64,000 nt of DNA, from NCBI RefSeq assembly GCF_009834535.1, contig NC_045696.1:13952001-14016000 (forward strand). Direction: 5' to 3'. Positions 1 through 12,546 of this stretch are shown piece by piece. The notes under the pieces are model-generated. The model saw nothing but the letters and a program-made list of their open reading frames with translations, had not been told where the DNA came from and made no database searches. The DNA comes from Camelus ferus. Lineage: Eukaryota. The first letter of the stretch is position 1. Every line of letters starts with the position of its first letter. A program made the position numbers and the translations under genes.

Positions 1-1644
1 CGTCCTACAGAATGATAGCACATTTTTATTGTTTAAGCCATATGTATGTATATGTGTATGGCTCATTTGATATCATTTGTTGTAGCAATAATAAAAAACC
101 TAAGACATTAGTACATTCCTATGGTCAGAAAACTTTTCCACTCCTGCATCTCAGATTAAGAAGACATTAACAAAGGAGGCATCAGCTTGGCCAAAAAGCT
201 ACAGCCACTCCCCGTGAGTGCTCTGCTAGTGCTTATGTTTCATAGTATGAAACTTGGTTGTTTCTTTTGGTTGGAGATTATGAGCATGAGACCAACTTGG
301 ATCATTAAAATTCATGAACAGGACTGTTTATAGAGGAGTTTACTATTTACCATTTGGGTTTTTATATTGCAATGGCTGATGAATCTTCTTCCCAGTTTTT
401 TTCATTGTTCCTTCATTTTTGCCTCTAACTATGTAAGCACCATAGCTATTTCCTAAACATGGAGCAGGAGGACCAGGAGGAAGAGAAGGAGCACATGAGG
501 GAAAAGAAGAGGGAAGGGAGAAAGGTGCAGTTGGATGGAATAAAGTCCTTCTACTCTAAGTGTACGATAACTTGCTGTGAGTCTTGTAAAATTCTATTTA
601 ACTCTTCTATGTTTCAGTTTCCACCTCTGTAGTATAATTAGGTTGGATGTGATGAACTGCACAGCTCCTTTTACATGCTACATTTCATTACACTGGTAGT
701 AAATGAGGAAATAAAGAGAACATGATGAGAAGACTGAGATACAATTGTTAAGAACAGATTTTTTGCCAAGACTCTCCTACTCTGCATCCCATTTCCTAAT
801 TTCAGGAATGTTTGAGGATCTTATAAAATAAAGAACAGGAAAAAATATTTAAACATTACTTGTTCCATATAAAGATTAAGTTTCCAGTTATTATTATACC
901 ATCTGTGTTAGTATCTTACATTCTATAACACTCGGTTATAAGATAGAAGAATGGTATAAATAAAGTATTTCCAATTTTGTTTCCATATAAATTGAAACTG
1001 TTGTTTTCAACTGTATTAAAAGTTTCTTTTCTGCAGTTAGATTCAGTTTATATGTTGGCTAAGAACCCAGGTGCAACTTCACCCTGCTGAGCCTAGTTCC
1101 TGCCCATCTAAGTGTGTTGCCTGCTTTTTTATACAAATGGTGATAATTTGAGCAGATTGAAAATAGTAATTGGGGTACAGGGATTTAGTCAATTAAAAAA
1201 ATGAGAAAATTTCCTGTGTTGTGATTATTTAAAGCTCATAGGTGCTCTTTTTCTAAAAATGTACACCCACGCACCAGCCTTCCATCTTAATAGCCTTCAT
1301 GCACAAGCCTTATCATGTAAGTCTAAATTTTATTCCTACATTCTTCAAACCATTCTTATACATAATGTCTTCAGAGATGCATGGTCTGTATTTATTATAT
1401 AAAGGTATTCAAATCTCTTGAGATTTCCATTTAGAGAAAGGCTGTGTCTAGAAACTACAGGTATCCAAGGAAAACTACTGCTTAGGGAAAGAAAAATAGC
1501 TAAGCCCAACCAAAATTAGTGCCTAGCCCCCAAAATCTGAGCTTCCAAAGCCCATTAACAGCAGCAATGATAACGCAAATCTTAGCTGACACATCACTAA
1601 TAAATAACAACATTAACAGCATATTGGGATAGCAGAATAAAGAA

Positions 1645-1650
1645 TTTATT
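1645..1650 (-). terminator. Polyadenylation signal of KRTAP13-3-like
   Basis: AATAAA on the minus strand, ~260 nt after the stop. Confidence 0.7.
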
Positions 1651-1910
1651 AAAATAAAATTATTTGGTTTTCCATCTACCTTTGGGAGAAGTGCAAAACA
1701 ATAAATTCTGTCTGCAATTCAATTTTAATTTCTCATTAATTTTGTAGGTTGATGGAGTTCATCTATCAACTAGTGTTTGAGGGCTGGAGAGGTAAAGAGT
1801 TGTTCGTGATCAAGGAATTTTAGAATACTTTTCAACAGAGGAAATTGAGATAATAGATAATAGCACAGAATCTGAATTTCTCAAATGGATTTGGCTCTTC
1901 TATCAATTCA

Positions 1911-2426
1911 TCAGTAGAAGCCAGATCTACAAATTGGCCAGTAACAAGATGAACAGAAACTTCTGGAAGGAAAGTTGATTGGGTACCAGAAATTGGACCC
2001 ATAGCTCAGTGAAGGGGAGCCACAGACTCCATAGCCCAGGGGTCTGAAGCCACTGGATCCACAACGCACTGAGTAGCAGCTTCCGGATCCAGAGCTCAGG
2101 AAGCTGCAGCTGCTGGACCTAAAGCCCAGAGACCCAGGGTAAGTTGTCCAGCAGGGACTGCAGAGCTTGGAGGTCTTCTGGGGGCAGCAGGATGGCTGGC
2201 AGGGGCTGGACTCCACACAGGATGCCTGGCATCTGATAGGCTCACAGCTGGTCTCCTGACAGCCACTGTAGAAAGAGGAATCCCGCTGGCAGGTGCTGGG
2301 AGAGCACAGGTCCCTGGTATAGACCAGGTTGCTGGGGTAGGAAGAGCCACAGGAGGAGCCTGGGCAGCGCAGGTGGCCCCCAAGGGAGCGGGAGGAGAAG
2401 GTTCCAGAGCAGCAGTTGTAGGACAT
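1911..2426 (-). CDS. KRTAP13-3: Keratin-associated protein 13 family (PMG-type high-sulfur KAP), KRTAP13-3-like, 171 aa
   Basis: Intronless [20 protein letters not shown]...[13 protein letters not shown]...CQET..., the KAP13 signature. C-terminus YPINFPSRSFCSSCYWPICRSGFY resembles KAP13-3. Kozak-like CACCATG, TATA at 2503-2510, AATAAA at 1645-1650 (minus). Family is secure; paralogue number is less so. Confidence 0.93.
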   Translation of the reverse strand: MSYNCCSGTFSSRSLGGHLRCPGSSCGSSYPSNLVYTRDLCSPSTCQRDSSFYSGCQETSCEPIRCQASCVESSPCQPSCCPQKTSKLCSPCWTTYPGSLGFRSSSCSFLSSGSGSCYSVRCGSSGFRPLGYGVCGSPSLSYGSNFWYPINFPSRSFCSSCYWPICRSGFY

Positions 2427-2502
2427 GGTGACAGGAGGTGTGAGTTTGGCTGAGTTACAGTGAGAAGATTCTGAGTTTGAATGTCACCTCTGGACTGCGG
2501 CA

Positions 2503-2510
2503 TTTATATA
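2503..2510 (-). promoter_or_regulatory. TATA box of KRTAP13-3-like
   Basis: TATATAAA on the minus strand, ~80 bp upstream of the ATG; same spacing as in the other KRTAPs here. Confidence 0.85.
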
Positions 2511-3241
2511 CTCTCAGCAGTAGGTGTGGTAACTTACGGGGTCATTTTTTGCATATTTGCACTCCCTCATTTACATGTGTGTAACTCAGCAATCTTCTCT
2601 GTAATTGCAATTGAATTGTTTTCCCGTATTGTTTTTATGGGAGCTGTAATTTTGGTGTTACAGCCACTGCCAACGAACCCACCTATGTCAGAAATGCTAT
2701 GACTATTTCACATTAGTGCTTATCCCATCCTAGTCAGGAAAACCCCTCCTTTTCCTTTTGTCATAATCTTCAGGTGTCTTGTTTCTGAAAATGAGGGGCA
2801 GATGCCTTCCTCAAATAGTGGTAAATAAGATTAAATTGTTTTTCTTCTTTGTCAGTGGATAAAAGGCACAGCTTTGGCTTGAATGAGGAACCTACTTAAT
2901 ACAGATCTTACTTGCCACCATGTTTTCTCATTCAAAATTGTTGTCCGTCTAGTACATTCTATCACACATGTGTCTCAGACACAATGGAAAGGAAAAATGA
3001 CCAGTTAGGACAAACTGAATATCAGTGATGGCTAGAACCAGGGAGAAAACTAGGCATTTATTTGAAGATGTGGTGACAGTGGGAAACAGAGCCAAGACAG
3101 AGCTGTAAGTGCAGGCCAGTTTGGTCCCTTATGAAGAGACTCAAAGAGCTATGTAATATTGAGATGAGGGAAGGAAACAACAGATTTATAGATTCATTGT
3201 ATATGTACGAGGTCTTGGACCTAACAGACTCTTATCTGTAT

Positions 3242-3671
3242 GTGTAGCAGCCCTGAGAACTTAATTCTCAGATCTTCATTACAGGAGACTTGATTGACCA
3301 AAGGCCCCATAGGCTATGGTTCAAAATCTAACACTGCACTGACATGGAAGCTCCCTTTTCCATGGGGCTGCTCCCAGGCAATGAATGAACACAGTAAAGG
3401 CACGTTCCTGGGACACAAGGCTCCTCCGATGGCCAACAACTGAGGATTCTCCAGTGGCTTTGAGGAACCATCCTTAATCCAGTGTAGCTACATAGCACAC
3501 TTCCTTCCTCTCTCCTTCACCCTGGTCAGACTTGCCTGGAAGTCAGCCAATACTCCTAGTCTTCCCCACCTCCTCCCCCAACTCCTTTCTCTTACAGATG
3601 TTTCCCAATGAAATCCTTGTACTGTTAATTCCATCTTGGTGTCTGCTCCTTGAATGACCCGTCCTAACACA
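3242..3671 (+). mobile_element. ERVL-class solo LTR (LTR16-like), degraded
   Basis: 3' end ...aattccatcttggtgtctgctccttgaatgacccgtcctaacaca resembles the LTR16 terminus; boundaries approximate. Confidence 0.6.
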
Positions 3672-6004
3672 GTAAGTTACAGAGTGACTCTTGCCATCCT
3701 GCCTCTGTCTCTTCTAGGCCTTGCTGATTTGTTACTAAAAAATATCTATCTGGCTTTACTAATTTTCATTTGCTTTTTTAAAAATTTTTAGTGGTAAATG
3801 TTGCTCTTCTATTAATTTACTCTTTTGCTTAATTTTTGAGTTGAATGTACTTTCCTATTTTCCCTCCTTAATATGGATGTGAATTCAGTGATTTTCAGCC
3901 ACTCTTCGGAAATGTATGCATTTAAGGCTAGATAACTTCCCCGGTCAGCACAGTTTACTTTTGGTACTTGGCATTTTATTGTGCTTTCTTCTCTGAGGAT
4001 GGATTGTTTAGAAGCGCAGTGCTTCCTCTCCGAATCTAGGGGGATTTACTGGTTAATTCTGTTGGTCCTGTTGCTATTGCTTCTTAGCTTAAACCACCAT
4101 GGTCCGCATATGATCTATTTTGCTAAATGTTCTGTGGGCACTTGAATCAATATTCTGAAATTTTGGCCACCATGATTTATGCAGGTTAATTAGGTCATAC
4201 CTGCTAATGGTGTTAGTATTTTCCACGGCCTTACTGATTGTCTGTCATCTGTTTGGATCAGAAGTGAAAGAAGAGTGTTAAAATCTCTAGTTTTGTGATT
4301 GTGGATTTGTATATGTCTCTTTGTAGGTTGTCATTGTTTGTGTGTGATGTCCTGAGACATTATCTCTTTGTATTAATTGTGTTTGGAATTTGCGATGATT
4401 CCTTAATCTGTGTGTCAAAGAATATCCAGATACGCTTTGTTTTGCATGTTAAACATTCTAAATGCTTACTTGAACATAAAGGAGATAGGCATTAAGCTTT
4501 GTTTTTAGGAAACAAAGGCGAGATAAGCTTTATAATACAAAGAGAAGTTTCTGTTACAGTAGTTTAAATGGTGATAATGACACAAAGAGTCAAGAAGTTG
4601 AGGGAATCAGCATTTCTTTCTGACCCTGTCTCCCATTTCCATACCACATCCACGTGCCTCGCACTTTGGTACATTATGGCCTAAACTCTCCACGTGCCTT
4701 CATACCTTCCTGCTTGTCTCATCCCATTTTATCCTCCCAGAACTTAATCCTTTCTATATTTATTGTATATTTGCTTCTCTAAGTGACACCTCATCCCCAA
4801 CAGAAGCTGTCAACACCCTGCCTACTCCTCCTGGGTAGTCATCTGTACACTCCGAAAACTGATTACTGGGGGCAGCCGTAAAACTCTGCCTGAAGCCTTT
4901 TTCTCTTCACAAGGGCATGCTGAGCCCCTGCTCAGGGAATTCTGTACTAGAACTGACTCCGGTTTTCTACGGTGGAGCCTGGCTGAGTCCTGCCTTCCTT
5001 TCACTCCCCATCACATCTTTCCACTCCCCTACAGGACTGTACTGGGATCACCTTCCAAATAAACAACTTGCATTTGAATCCATGTTCTCAACCTTCGTTT
5101 CTAGATAATTTACAGAAAAAAACATACTTGGATGCCTCATTGACATGCTCATTGAGAAACTTTCAATGTTTCTCTAACTTATAAAGTTTTAATTTAAAAA
5201 TTCCTAGGGGAAAAGACCAAGAAAGAGAAAAGTGTGTTTTAGTATTGCATATGGCACATTTAAGAAAAGAAGCCATGATATCTTTGTCCAATGAATATAT
5301 TTTAAGAATACAGGATTCAAAAGTCATCTAGTCTATGTTGGGTAATAACAAAGTACATATTTTGTGGCTAATAGATAATGATACATAGTGATTAAAGAGA
5401 ATTTTAGTATAAGAAGTATTGGCTGTTGTTTACTGAGCTTCAAACCTAGATGATTAATAAAAGATCCCCAGCATGTTAGTGCCAAATTTCCTGGTAATTT
5501 GAAGAAGAGCAGTAGGCAGGCACCAAATGTTGTAACTTTCAACTGTGGATGAGATTCTGTTGCAAACACACCTCATATCAAAACCATTTTGTTCATAACA
5601 TAGTGATGAGACCCTGCAATTACAAGAACAGAAGCTCAGGATGTACAGCCCAGGGTGATAAATTTTACATGAAATATCTCACTCTTTAATTGTCAATAAA
5701 TAGTTAAGAAAAAGAAAAGCAACAATAATGGAGAAGATCTATGTTATATAGAACGAACAATATAATCTCTGGGCTAATCTAGTCCAAGGTTGGGCAGTCT
5801 ACAAATTCTTCTTAAATTTATATTAATTTGTGGTAGATGAAAGTTTAGAGACTAGAGAAAGAGAAGAGAGGAGTATCTCTTGACAGAGAAGGCTCCTTGA
5901 ACAAGGACACTGGAGTGACTGAAAACAAATTCACTGGGTTTCCTGGTTTTAACTGATAAATGTATGCTCCCCTCTTACCTCAAAAGTTTTATCTTCAAGA
6001 TAAT

Positions 6005-6325
6005 TTTTTTCCTATTGAAGTGTAATGACAATGAAAGTTGTGTGTGTGCATGTATATATATGTATACATATACATACATATAGTACAATGTGATATTTTG
6101 CTATAGGTTTATATTGTGAAATGATACCCCAAATCAAATTAATTTGCATATCCATCACTTCACATGTTTACAATTCATATGTCTGTGGTGAGAACACAAG
6201 ACCATTTTGGCAAATATCAAGTACACAAAATAGTATTAATAGAATTACTGACTCTGGTTACTATGCCATACATTAAATTTACAAAATTTATTCATCCTCC
6301 ATCATGTACCCTTTGACCAATATCA
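6005..6325 (-). mobile_element. Old L1 (L1MA/MB-like) 3' UTR fragment
   Basis: Typical motifs: catatccatcacttcaca, tgtggtgagaacac, tttgaccaatatc. Confidence 0.65.
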
Positions 6326-7975
6326 AGGTAGTTTTAAAGAGTTGTGTTTGAAACCAGAAAAAAAAAATGGGGAAGGAATAGTGTCCACAGTATTGTATCA
6401 AAACAACAGTTTTACATTCTTGCTGAGGCACAAAGCAAAGAGAAATAAATTCTAGTCTTGAAAAACAGAAAAGAAAGGACTCACGAAGTAGCTATTTGAA
6501 TTGGGTGCATTTACTTCTTTCCTCAGTTGTCTTCCTTTTGGAAGGTTTACATTATGTTACTTTTCAAATTACTAGAGATTTTATTGAGAAAATCCAATAT
6601 TTTAAACACTATATTGCAAGTTTATTACAGTTTTATTTGAGCCTATAGGAAGAAATTATTGCCATCAACACAAAACTACATTTCCTCGACTCTGGAATAT
6701 AATGTAACTGGTTGTATTTTCACATTGAATACTTTGTGAATAAACTTAGAAAGTGACTGTTTATACTCTAAGAATATGAGAAATCTAGCAACCTTTTTTT
6801 AAAACTTTCAGTTTATGTTTAAGCAGAGGAAAAAATATGTTTACCAAAGCAAAAAAAAGAAAAACAGAAGAGAAAACCAAAGTTAAACACAGAAAAAGCA
6901 AGAAAGAAAAATGATGGGGTTGGGGCAGAAGGAGAAGGAAAAGAGAGAGAGAGAAAGAAACATTCCTATACCCTGCAGACGAAAAGAGAACTGGAAAATA
7001 AAGCCTCTCATTTAAGCAGGAAAGTGCAGGTGCTCTGAAAGTGCTGGAAAGTCTTTTCAAAGCCTGTGCAGTGAAAAACTAGAGACATTCTAAGACAGGA
7101 GAAATCCTGGATATTTATACATGCAGAAGATAGAAAGGATAGCATATCAAAATTCATAAAATATATTGATTTTGAAAATTTTAATTATATAAAGTCAGTA
7201 TGAAAGAGACCATAATTTGAGTGCCCTAGGGGGAAAAAAAGACAATTTCCTGAGACTTCTCTGTGTTGCGCTTTTGATTCCTCCCCTCATTAGACTAGGG
7301 TTTCCCTCCTGCCTGAATGGAGGTGGGTCCAGACTGATCTTCCCTGGCACTATTTCAATTGAACCTTTTTATTTTGGTCACCTTATCTTTACATACATGG
7401 CAAGATGTCTTTCAGTTTCTAGCCATCTCTCTCAGTCTCTATGTCTTACCTATTTTTGGTCTCTCCTCATTGGATCAGAGACACCCTGAGTAACTGTGAC
7501 ACTTGGTGTATTAGTTTTCTGTTACTGGAGAACGGGAATGAATGTTGACACAGTGGATCAATCCAGGAAGGCTTCCTTCCAGGTAGAAACCGTGCCTCTG
7601 ATCCATTGTACAGAAGAAAACTGATGTTATCTCATTCCCCACTCTTGGGAGGAAAGCATCCAACTGCAAAACCAGATGTGGATACATAGGAAGCAGATTA
7701 GCATAAACCAGAGGAAAAGCTTTCCTGGTCATGATGCTTTCCAGACCATGCTGGGATATGCATTAACGTATAATAGTCGTAGAATTTCTGACATAGCAGC
7801 AGTGCACTGGCTTTGTCTGTAACAACACAATTATAGCACCCATAAATACAATGTGCGGAAAACTATTCAAATGCAATTGCAATTACAGAGAAGATTACTA
7901 AGTTACAAAAATGCAAAAGAGGAAATCTAATGCAGGAACTATGACTCCATAGGGTGCCGCACCCATAGCTGAAAG

Positions 7976-7983
7976 TATATAAA
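7976..7983 (+). promoter_or_regulatory. TATA box of KRTAP13-4-like
   Basis: TATATAAA 84 bp upstream of the ATG at 8060. Confidence 0.85.
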
Positions 7984-8059
7984 TGCCCCCGTTCAGGAGT
8001 GACATTCAAACTCAGAATCTTCTCACTGTAACTCAGCCAAACTCACACCTCCTGTCACC

Positions 8060-8587
8060 ATGTCCTACAACTGCTGCTCTGGAACCTTCTCCTCCCGCTC
8101 CCTTGGGGGCCACCTGCGCTGCCCAGGCTCCTCCTGTGGCTCTTCCTACCCCAGCAACCTGGTCTATACCAGGGACCTGTGCTCTCCCAGCACCTGCCAG
8201 CGGGATTCCTCTTTCTACAGTGGCTGTCAGGAGACCAGCTGTGAGCCTATCAGATGCCAGGCATCCTGTGTGGAGTCCAGCCCCTGCCAGCCATCCTGCT
8301 GCCCCCAGAAGACCTCCAAGCTCTGCAGTCCCTGCTGGACAACTTACCCTGGGTCTCTGGGCTTTAGGTCCAGCAGCTGCAGCTTCCTGAGCTCTGGATC
8401 CGGAAGATGCTACTCACTGCGTTGTGGATCCAGTGGCTTCAGACCTCTGGGTTATGGAGTCTGTGGCTTCCCCTCCCTGAGCCGTGGATCCAGATTCTGC
8501 CGTCCAACCTGCTTTACCTCCAGCAGCTGCCAGTCATGGTGTTATAGACCAATCTCTAGCTCTGGTTTCTATTATTCAACTTGCTGA
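8060..8587 (+). CDS. KRTAP13-4: Keratin-associated protein 13 family, KRTAP13-4-like, 175 aa
   Basis: Intronless KAP13 ORF whose first 115 codons are identical to the copy at 2426(-). Distinct C-terminus ...CYRPISSSGFYYSTC. TATA at 7976, AATAAA at 8828-8833. Divergent arrangement matches my recall of the human 13-3/13-4 pair. Confidence 0.93.
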   Translation: MSYNCCSGTFSSRSLGGHLRCPGSSCGSSYPSNLVYTRDLCSPSTCQRDSSFYSGCQETSCEPIRCQASCVESSPCQPSCCPQKTSKLCSPCWTTYPGSLGFRSSSCSFLSSGSGRCYSLRCGSSGFRPLGYGVCGFPSLSRGSRFCRPTCFTSSSCQSWCYRPISSSGFYYSTC

Positions 8588-8827
8588 GGGTCTAGATCCT
8601 TCTGAGTATTGAGATCAAAGTCTCTGCTCAGTACAGCCATCTTTTTCCTTCTCACTACTTACCACTGTTCCTTTATTCTTAAATCACCAGTTTCTTGCAT
8701 CACCAACTTTTGAGAAACTCTGAACTTCATGAATAACCCAATATTAAGTCCTGATATCTGTATCATTGAAGGAATCTATGCTATTGGATTTTCATGGAAG
8801 ATCAATTGAAGATGAAAATTTTAATCT

Positions 8828-8833
8828 AATAAA
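8828..8833 (+). terminator. Polyadenylation signal of KRTAP13-4-like
   Basis: AATAAA ~240 nt after the stop, followed by T/GT-rich sequence. Confidence 0.75.
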
Positions 8834-9494
8834 TTTTTGTCATCTGGCACCCAAATATATTGTCTATCTTCTTATTATTTGCCTATAGTTTTTTTTTTTA
8901 ATTCAAGATTTTTGGGAGATTTAAATGAAGATGGAATATGACTCTGAAACTGGCTTTGGGAACACACATTTTGCTAGATTTGAGGAAACTTTTGTTGTCA
9001 CTGGATATGCTCCCTACTAAGAGGAATTATTTCCTGGAGGTCGAAAATTTGTATGTCCTATGTTAGTGACACTTGGCTAAGAATGGAGGCATGTATTGAT
9101 TTCTGCTGAGGAAATCAATAAAGGAAGGAAAACAAAACTAGGAATGCAGGAAACAAGACTAGGATACAGTTTATAAGATGAGATCATATGTAGACCAAAA
9201 ACATACCTATGTGTTTTGTGGAGATTTTCAGCTAAGAGACAAGATGAGCCTTAAACAGCTCGCAGGGCAGATGTTTTGCCCTCTGTTGGTCGGCGTGAGT
9301 GCTGTGATCCCTTCCTGCCATGGCTGCGGCATTCCCGAGCCTTACCTGTAAACTTATGTAAGGAGACCCACAGCGATCTAAGGTAGAGAGGAAGTGGGCT
9401 AAGGAGGTGTGTGGTGACCTCCTGGTACTTCTCCGAGGCTCAGCCAAAATCGACTAAGAGCCACACACCTGAGCAGTGTTGAACAAACATGTGT

Positions 9495-10555
9495 AGCCGT
9501 TAACCTTAGCCAAGATTCCTCTCTCCCCTAAAGCAGAGCTGAAGTCCAGGACTTGGGTGCATACAGTTTATTTGGCACAAGATCCCAGGGAGCAAGTTTG
9601 GGAGACTGTGGGAGATGAAAGAATCAAGGAGGAAAATCTCAAACAGGGACATTTTTGGGGATTGATTTTATAGTGGACTATGGGGACTCAGTCCTTCAGG
9701 GCCTTTTTAGGGAGGTATAGAATGACAGAATTGCCCACCCCAAGGCAATCAACGGGGATGTGAATGAAAAATACGGCCAGCCATATCAGTAAACAAAGAA
9801 CGCTGAAGCCATCAAGTCATCAGCCACTGCCGCCACCCCCCAGGGAAGACAAGCCTGCAGCCCGGCCTCTGCAGCCACTCACAATGGTGCACCCTGAGGG
9901 CACTCGGAATAAGAAAGGACAGGATACTGGCCCTAGAAGGCTAGGTGCTTGTCAAAGGAATGAATTCAGTGAGCTCAAATATTTGCTTCCTCCCATACAT
10001 AGAAAAGAGCTAAATTCTTCAACTTGAGATACCTGGTTTTCTTTAGTTAACAAGCAATCTTTTAATGTTCTGACTACCTGATCTTTGTTATAAAAACTCC
10101 TATATATCCTGGCTGCTCCCCTACCTCTTCGGAGAAGTCCCTCAGAGCCATCTGGGAGGCTGTCATCCCATGCTGAGTCTTCAGAATTTCCACCGAATAA
10201 AATATAACTCACAACTTTTAGGTTGTGCATTTATTTCAGTCGACAAGGAGAAGACCATTTATCCACCAGCTGCCATCTCCCATTGCTGGAATGTTGTCCC
10301 AGATGTGTGTTAACTTCCTGGGACCTTATTAATTGTGCAAAGAAAGATTCACTGTGGGCTCCTTTTGTTTTCCTGGTTGTAACCTCTGAGAAACCCCAGG
10401 TAGAGAGGAAAAAAATATGCTGAATATGCTCGAGAGGAGAAACTGTCTGTGCGAAGAAGCTTGAAGCCTACAGGAAATTGTTGACCATAGCTGTGCCTGG
10501 GGTCATACATAAGAGAATGAGAATGTAAGGGAAGGCACTAGGGGTACTTAATACA
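9495..10555 (+). mobile_element. MaLR (MLT1-like) LTR, interrupted by a younger ERV LTR
   Basis: aagcagagctgaag...ggacttgggtgcatacagtttatttgg...gatcccagg MLT1-type motif; continues after 10245 (catttatccaccagctgccatctcccattg); strand and limits approximate. Confidence 0.55.
9759..10245 (+). mobile_element. ERV1-class solo LTR (487 bp)
   Basis: TG...CA termini (tgtgaatg...cagtcgaca), TATA-like tatatat ~10101, AATAAA ~10196, 4-bp flanks ggga/agga (one mismatch). Confidence 0.8.
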
Positions 10556-11932
10556 ACCCTTGCATGTGATGCTCAAACATCCGTGTGGGAAAGAGGAACA
10601 TTATACCCTATAAACCTTTCCAGACATGAAGGAATGAAAAGTCAACAAGGATTAGAAGCTTGCCAAAGTTTATACATTAAAGATCTAGGAAAATCTCATC
10701 TCTTGAATTGATATTTTGTTATTCTTTCCTGATTTTTAAAAAAATAAGCAACTCCTTGTTTAACCAAAGAGCTTTGAGTATTTCTGATGTGAAATAAACT
10801 GCTTTATCTGAAAAGACTTTAGCTCTTATTGGATCTAATTTCATTAGCCTCATGAGTAGTATTCATAATAAACAGTAAAAATAAAAATAAAATTTAGAGT
10901 TTAGTAGAAGAACACTAAAGAAAAGTGAGCTAATTTCTTTTGAAAACATTTGCATTAATCATAGCACCTAATAACAGACCAAGAGAAATATTTGATTACC
11001 TCTCAGGAAGATTTTGCTAGAAGTCCTGAGTGTTATGACAAATCCTATATTATTGATGTTAATTATCATTATTAATGTCACATCATATATTCCCTTCCTC
11101 AATAACTGAACAAAAATAGTAAAAAAAAAAAAAAAAAAAGCAAAAAAAATTCTCTTTCACATTCACACGTACACAAATTCATTACCAGCAACCAAAAAAT
11201 TGAAGATGATGAGCTTCTTGTTAAAATTTTTAAAAAATTAAAAATAAACAAGAAAATGAAGATGACTAATATAACTTGACAGATTTTTATCTTCCCTTCA
11301 AATTCCCCCAACACACTTTGTCGCTCCTGGAAGATTTTCTCTGAAAATTTAAAAAAAAAAAAGGAAAATTGCCAAACTATGACATCTCACTAATCTGTAA
11401 ACTGCATTTCTATGTTGGTGAGTGAGATTGAAGGAACACAGAGTCAATCAGGATAAAAATCATGGGAAAGTCTCTGAGTTGAGAAAAGTAGTATTATTGG
11501 GTGCAAAAGTAACTTAGTATGTAGAGGAAAGATTGATAATTAAGCATGGAAGAATGTGTCGCCTAAACAAGAAATGGAAACAAATTCCCTGGATGTGCTT
11601 TGTTATGTAAAATAATATACTAATGGCATAAAATTAACATCACAAAGGCACCAGGATAACAGTGATACAAAAGTGGAAGAATGATTGATGAGGTAAGGAA
11701 AACACTGATTGCCAAAATAATTTACTCTGGGTATAAAGAAAACAGTTTTAAAACTACAGCTTCTACCTTAATTAGCAGAATATTATAGGATATTTGGACA
11801 CAGTGATAAGTTACGTGTTTACAGCAATTACAACTGTATTTCTACTCCACAGGAATCTTACTTTATTTTTTTACCAGGATGTTGTCCTTCACCAAAATTT
11901 GTATTTTTATTTACTGAGACTACCAATAATTT

Positions 11933-12546
11933 TGTTAGGCAGTTAGACAGAAATGCTTATTGGTCAAGGGGAGAGGAAGGAGCAGGGAGCAACCCAGAAA
12001 ATAACAGTGCACCAGCACTCAGGGTAAAGGGCTCCAAAAACTTACTTTCTTTACATGAGGGCCAGCAACGAAGCTGGCTAGAATCTAATGCTGCGGCGGC
12101 ACAGTAGAGAGAAGGACACGGCTTAACCTGACCCAATGCGCATTATAATGTAATTAACATTACACTTTGAGCCCCTCCCAAAGATTTCTCTGTATGCATT
12201 ATGGGTAAGAACATGCATAAAAGAGATGGGCGGGCGAGCCTGAGCTCAAGAAATGTGAGCTGTCAATCAGCCTGAGCGCTCAAAGAACGTGAGCTGTCAA
12301 TAATCAGTCACTAAAATGCCCCCTAAGCCAGGATGCAAGAACAGGAAAAACAAAGGAGCGACACCGTTTTCCTCTCTTGGATTGCCCCCCAACCCCAATT
12401 CTCAGGGATGTACGCTATTTTACTACCTTTTTACTTTACTAATAAAATCTTCTGTTTATATCACTCTCTCTGTCTCCCATTAGAAATTCTTTTTTTTCGG
12501 GTGACTAAGAACAGAGGTAACTTTTATTCCCCTCCTCCTGGTAATA
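11933..12546 (+). mobile_element. ERV solo LTR (614 bp)
   Basis: Starts tgttag, ends ggtaata (degenerate taaca), 4-bp TSD ATTT/ATTT, AATAAA at 12441, CpG-retaining U3 with an internal tandem duplication. Confidence 0.8.

Noticed and set aside
2096..2503. 135-aa alternative-frame ORFs overlapping the KRTAP13 genes (also 7983..8390, and 15047..15577 over KRTAP14)
   Set aside because: Start codons lie in or upstream of the TATA box, outside the likely mRNA. The Pro/Ala-rich frames are a by-product of Cys/Ser codon usage.
9764..10230. ORFs of 87 and 92 aa
   Set aside because: Contained in a solo LTR, with no gag/pol/env motifs.
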